This document shows, piece by piece, positions 21,700 through 58,259 of a DNA stretch of 58,259 nucleotides. Source of the stretch: Amoebidium appalachense (lineage: Eukaryota; Protista; Ichthyosporea); contig CAVNZM010000008.1 of NCBI GenBank assembly GCA_963693365.1, positions 2,574,813-2,633,071 on the forward strand, in the 5' to 3' direction. The first letter of the stretch is position 1. Each line of letters starts with the position of its first letter. Made by a program: the position numbers and the translations under genes. A model generated the notes under the pieces. The model saw nothing but the letters and a program-made list of their open reading frames with translations. It was not told the DNA's origin and searched no databases.

Positions 21700-21800
21700 C
21701 CACATGGCCAGATGGCCAGATCATTTTGCTCACCGTTTTATCCCGTTTTATCCACCTTTTTCCACACACTGAATTTGACCTGGCCATCTGGCCATCTGGG
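21700..21800. repeat. 24-bp inverted repeat (2 mismatches), ending in CTGGG; candidate DNA-transposon terminus
   Basis: ccacatggccagatggccagatca (21700-21723) versus tgacctggccatctggccatctgg (21776-21799). Confidence 0.7.
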
Positions 21801-22203
21801 TAGAGACCGTTTTCTGTTCTGATATTGGAGAACTGTCTGATAGTGATAGCAAATGTCATTCGAAGAACAATCGGGAAACCCCGTGGTGTGACAACCAATC
21901 AGAATGAAGCAACTTGACTGCGGGTGCCGAGCTATTGGATAGCTAAAGCTGTTAAATCTATCAACCATAATTCGGACATTTTAAAGGCCATATAAAGTGC
22001 CTCATATCATTTACGGCTAACACCGTAGAATAGTTTCAGTTGCAAAGGGGCTGCCGCACTGAGTCATATATATAAATGGCTTTCACGTTCGACTCTGTTC
22101 AGAATATTGTAAAGGTCTAAAGGTGTATAAAGGTGTAATACGAATACCTTTACTTTGGCTATTATCTTTTCCACTGTTGTTGTATTTTTTTGCCAAGCGG
22201 CCT

Positions 22204-22255
22204 TGACCAATAAAGAATAAGTGCATATATAGAGGGACGGCCCAGTGACGTCACT
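22204..22255. promoter_or_regulatory. Putative promoter elements of the USP gene: CCAAT box and perfect CRE/ATF palindrome
   Basis: gaccaat at ~22205; AGTGACGTCACT at 22244-22255, about 410 bp upstream of the ATG. Confidence 0.45.
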
Positions 22256-22663
22256 TTATTGTTCGTCCTTCCCGATATGGAAAAAGGTGGCTCATTATGA
22301 TTTGCGCAACAAACTGTGCAACGAAAAACGTTGCCAGCGGCTCACGTTTGAAAAGCCGCTCGCACTGGCCAACAGGAAACGGTAAACTGCACGATATCTT
22401 TATAACGGTTGTTTTCTATTAGCTATAGTGTAGGTTAACGCTCAGGGTTCACTTTTGTGTGCTTGCAAGAAGTGCTTGTGCGAGGAATAAAAACAACCTG
22501 TATTCATAACGGGGCTCTACTTGACACTAGCCAACTCTCCAAGCCAGTACCCTTCGAGTAAGGAATGGATTTACCTAACTAAAGTGCTGCTAAGTGGGCA
22601 GCCCATGTCTTGTATACTGGAAGAAGCTACATCTACGTGATATTGTACGGTTGAGTTTAGAGA

Positions 22664-46796
<24,133 letters not shown>

Positions 46797-47432
46797 TAGA
46801 ATAGTAGCTTTCTGTAGAATTGTCATGTTTTTCCGATTGTACTATGGGTGATTGCCTTTTTCATACGTAAAAGTGTTTGTACTTTTGAGCAGCGTTACCG
46901 CTCATTCCGTAATTTTTGTGTTTCTTTTAGAGGAGGGGGGGGAGGGGGGGGGTTGGTTACAAGCTCGTTTCCAGGTTCACGTGGATATGATAACTAGACT
47001 GTACATAGATAGTACTAATGTTTGTAATGGACCGCCTACTAGAGGAGTGCTCGATGCAACTCACTGTAGTGTTTCTGTGCAACTCGTGTTTGTGGTTTGC
47101 TTGTTTCGCGGTTTGTGAGGGGTTTGTACCGTTCGTTTTTGCCTGTAGTTAATGTTTAAACCTCATGACGGACAAGCAAGTAGGCTTGGGTAATCACAGA
47201 AAGTGCCTTTTTCTAGGATGTAGTTCAAAGTTTGCAGTTTTTATCCGAAGTCGTGTGCACGCGTACACAACAAATTTCCGTGGGCTTCTCGATGGAGTGG
47301 TGTTTTGAAAACAGTATGTTAGCATGATCCAACAAACATAAGCACACCCCCCTTTCCTAGATCTGTTTTTCACTGCTGGCTTTAAAACGGTAGTTATTTT
47401 TGTTTTGGCTGGCATGCATGGGTACAGTGACT

Positions 47433-47469
<37 letters not shown>

Positions 47470-47471
47470 AA

Positions 47472-47525
<54 letters not shown>

Positions 47526-47775
47526 TAGCCTAACAAGTAAATTCCACTTAAGTCAGAATTGCAAATTGTATGTAAGAAGAGGTGGTGTAATTGATACACG
47601 TCTGCGGTAAAAGCGATCACACATGCCAAAAGCGCATACCAAAAGTGCTAACCCCTTCCCCCCTCTACCCCCCCCCTCCCCCCACCACCACCACCACCCA
47701 CCCACCCACCCCTGTACACGTCACACACACACACATGCAAAACGTGAATTTGAACAGAAGCAACCCCCCACCGTC

Positions 47776-47845
<70 letters not shown>

Positions 47846-48059
47846 ACACAAAACATGCAAAACACGAACAGAAGCCCCCTCCCCTCCCCCCTTCCCGGTT
47901 CCCCCCCTCCATCCCCCCCTCCCTCCAGCTACACACTTTCCCCCACACACACACGGCTGCAAACCGTAGACAGAAACGAAACCCCCCCCACCCCCCCCCC
48001 TCCCCCTCCCCCCCGCCCGCCCGCCCTGTCTGCGGACGATAACTTACAAACAGAAACGA

Positions 48060-48096
<37 letters not shown>

Positions 48097-48452
48097 TGCT
48101 ATTGCAGTGTACGCTTGCTGCATTGTCCGTTTTCCAACCCTCTATTGATTGATTCTCCAGGTTCGAGCCACCATGCATGTTTTTGTTATATATTGATGAT
48201 GTACATACACCTTCGAAGCGCTGTAATCCGAGCATGATAAGTCGTTCCAACACTTCCTGCTCATATCAGCAGTTCCAAAATCTAGACCGTGTAAACCTAA
48301 ACCATTTGTGTTTCAAATAACTAATTGATGAAACCACAAACAACACCATACAGTGATTTATAGCTGCATATTCGTACGATTATTCTATATTGACCATGAA
48401 GTGGCCCAGGCATGGGAGATCTAGACACAATCAGAGCAACTCACATCAGCAA

Positions 48453-48490
<38 letters not shown>

Positions 48491-48668
48491 CAAAATGCCC
48501 ATGTGTGCTTTGCTCCATCTATCCAGATCAACCGCACAATAAGACATAGTTTTCCAGGCTGCGAAAATAGATACGATCATGCCTGGTCCCCAAACTTTAA
48601 GGGCAGAAGTATAGAATAGGATGTTCATACAACCGGTAATAAAATTGAAAAGATATAATCATACAAGT

Positions 48669-57423
<8,755 letters not shown>

Positions 57424-57828
57424 GGTGTAAGCGCGGTAGAGCAGAAAAAGAAGCTACTCGGGATAGGCCTACGGGAATGACGAAAAATGAGAACAGGCAG
57501 ACGTGATCATGAGAACAAAAAACAATACTCAGTGACGCTTTGACAACATTTATATACCCAGTGGCTCACCAAGATCGGGGCTTGAAAGTATGCGTGGTAA
57601 CCACAACGAGCGCCCGTATGTGAAACCGAAACAGTATAAGCATTTACTCAGTAGTAGTAATTCATTTACACCGAAATTGTTTTTAATAAGAGTAAGTTCC
57701 ATCTTCTCTTCCCCGCATGCACATAACTGTTGTGCTAGGTAGAAGACACAGCAACAAAAGTTACAAAACCCAAAACATTGACGTCGTCCTTTCAGCCCCT
57801 GCGATGTAAATAATGGCAACCAATCAGA

Positions 57829-57939
57829 TTATACTTCTGTAACAGGAATGTGGAACACTCCCGAGGTTCCTCTCTTTGGATGGCGAGATGTGTGGTCACA
57901 AGTGTACAAATCTAGGGGCTGTTTGTATGACTGCAGGAC
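57829..57939 (-). CDS. Possible terminal exon of a gene continuing beyond the window
   Basis: Acceptor tttaccag after a (TG)n tract, then VLQSYKQPLDLYTCDHTSRHPKRGTSGVFHIPVTEV-stop; no recognisable motif. Confidence 0.35.
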   Translation of the reverse strand, partial: VLQSYKQPLDLYTCDHTSRHPKRGTSGVFHIPVTEV

Positions 57940-57944
57940 CTGGT

Positions 57945-58258
<314 letters not shown>

Positions 58259-58259
58259 G

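Noticed and set aside
1-21800. Calling the island a Helitron, Polinton or giant-virus insertion outright
   Set aside because: No Rep/helicase, pPolB, integrase, capsid or packaging ATPase motif is visible in the window; kept as a hypothesis only.

Overview
Eukaryotic (protist-like) DNA, saturated with microsatellites and poly-C/poly-G runs; most ORF-track entries are repeat artefacts. The window has two parts. (1) ~1-21,800 is an accessory island. It holds a spliced, catalytically intact but divergent KDM4-like JmjN/JmjC histone demethylase gene (405-5212, minus) fused to an unknown N-terminal domain and an acidic repeat. A divergently transcribed intronless coiled-coil ORF (7314-8617) has a C-terminus that aligns without gaps to histone H3 residues 26-49. 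There are several tandem arrays, including one motif family in inverted orientation, and two small compact ORFs. A three-level nest follows: a young Ty1/copia element (12086-18823) inside a non-autonomous LTR element (11135-20571), which itself splits a 90-aa membrane-protein gene. The island ends in an inverted-repeat structure with a CCCAG-type terminus at ~21,800. (2) ~22,000-58,259 holds ordinary intron-rich host genes: an EF-hand/DUSP/USP deubiquitinase (USP32-like, plus), an unnamed 335-aa multi-pass membrane protein (minus) and a possible last exon of another gene. Best leads: a candidate mobile anti-silencing module (demethylase + H3 mimic + repeat arrays) and an LTR element whose primer-binding site matches the 5' end, not the 3' end, of a tRNA. 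No transposase, viral hallmark gene, CRISPR array or structural RNA gene is visible. All alignments and counts were done by eye.
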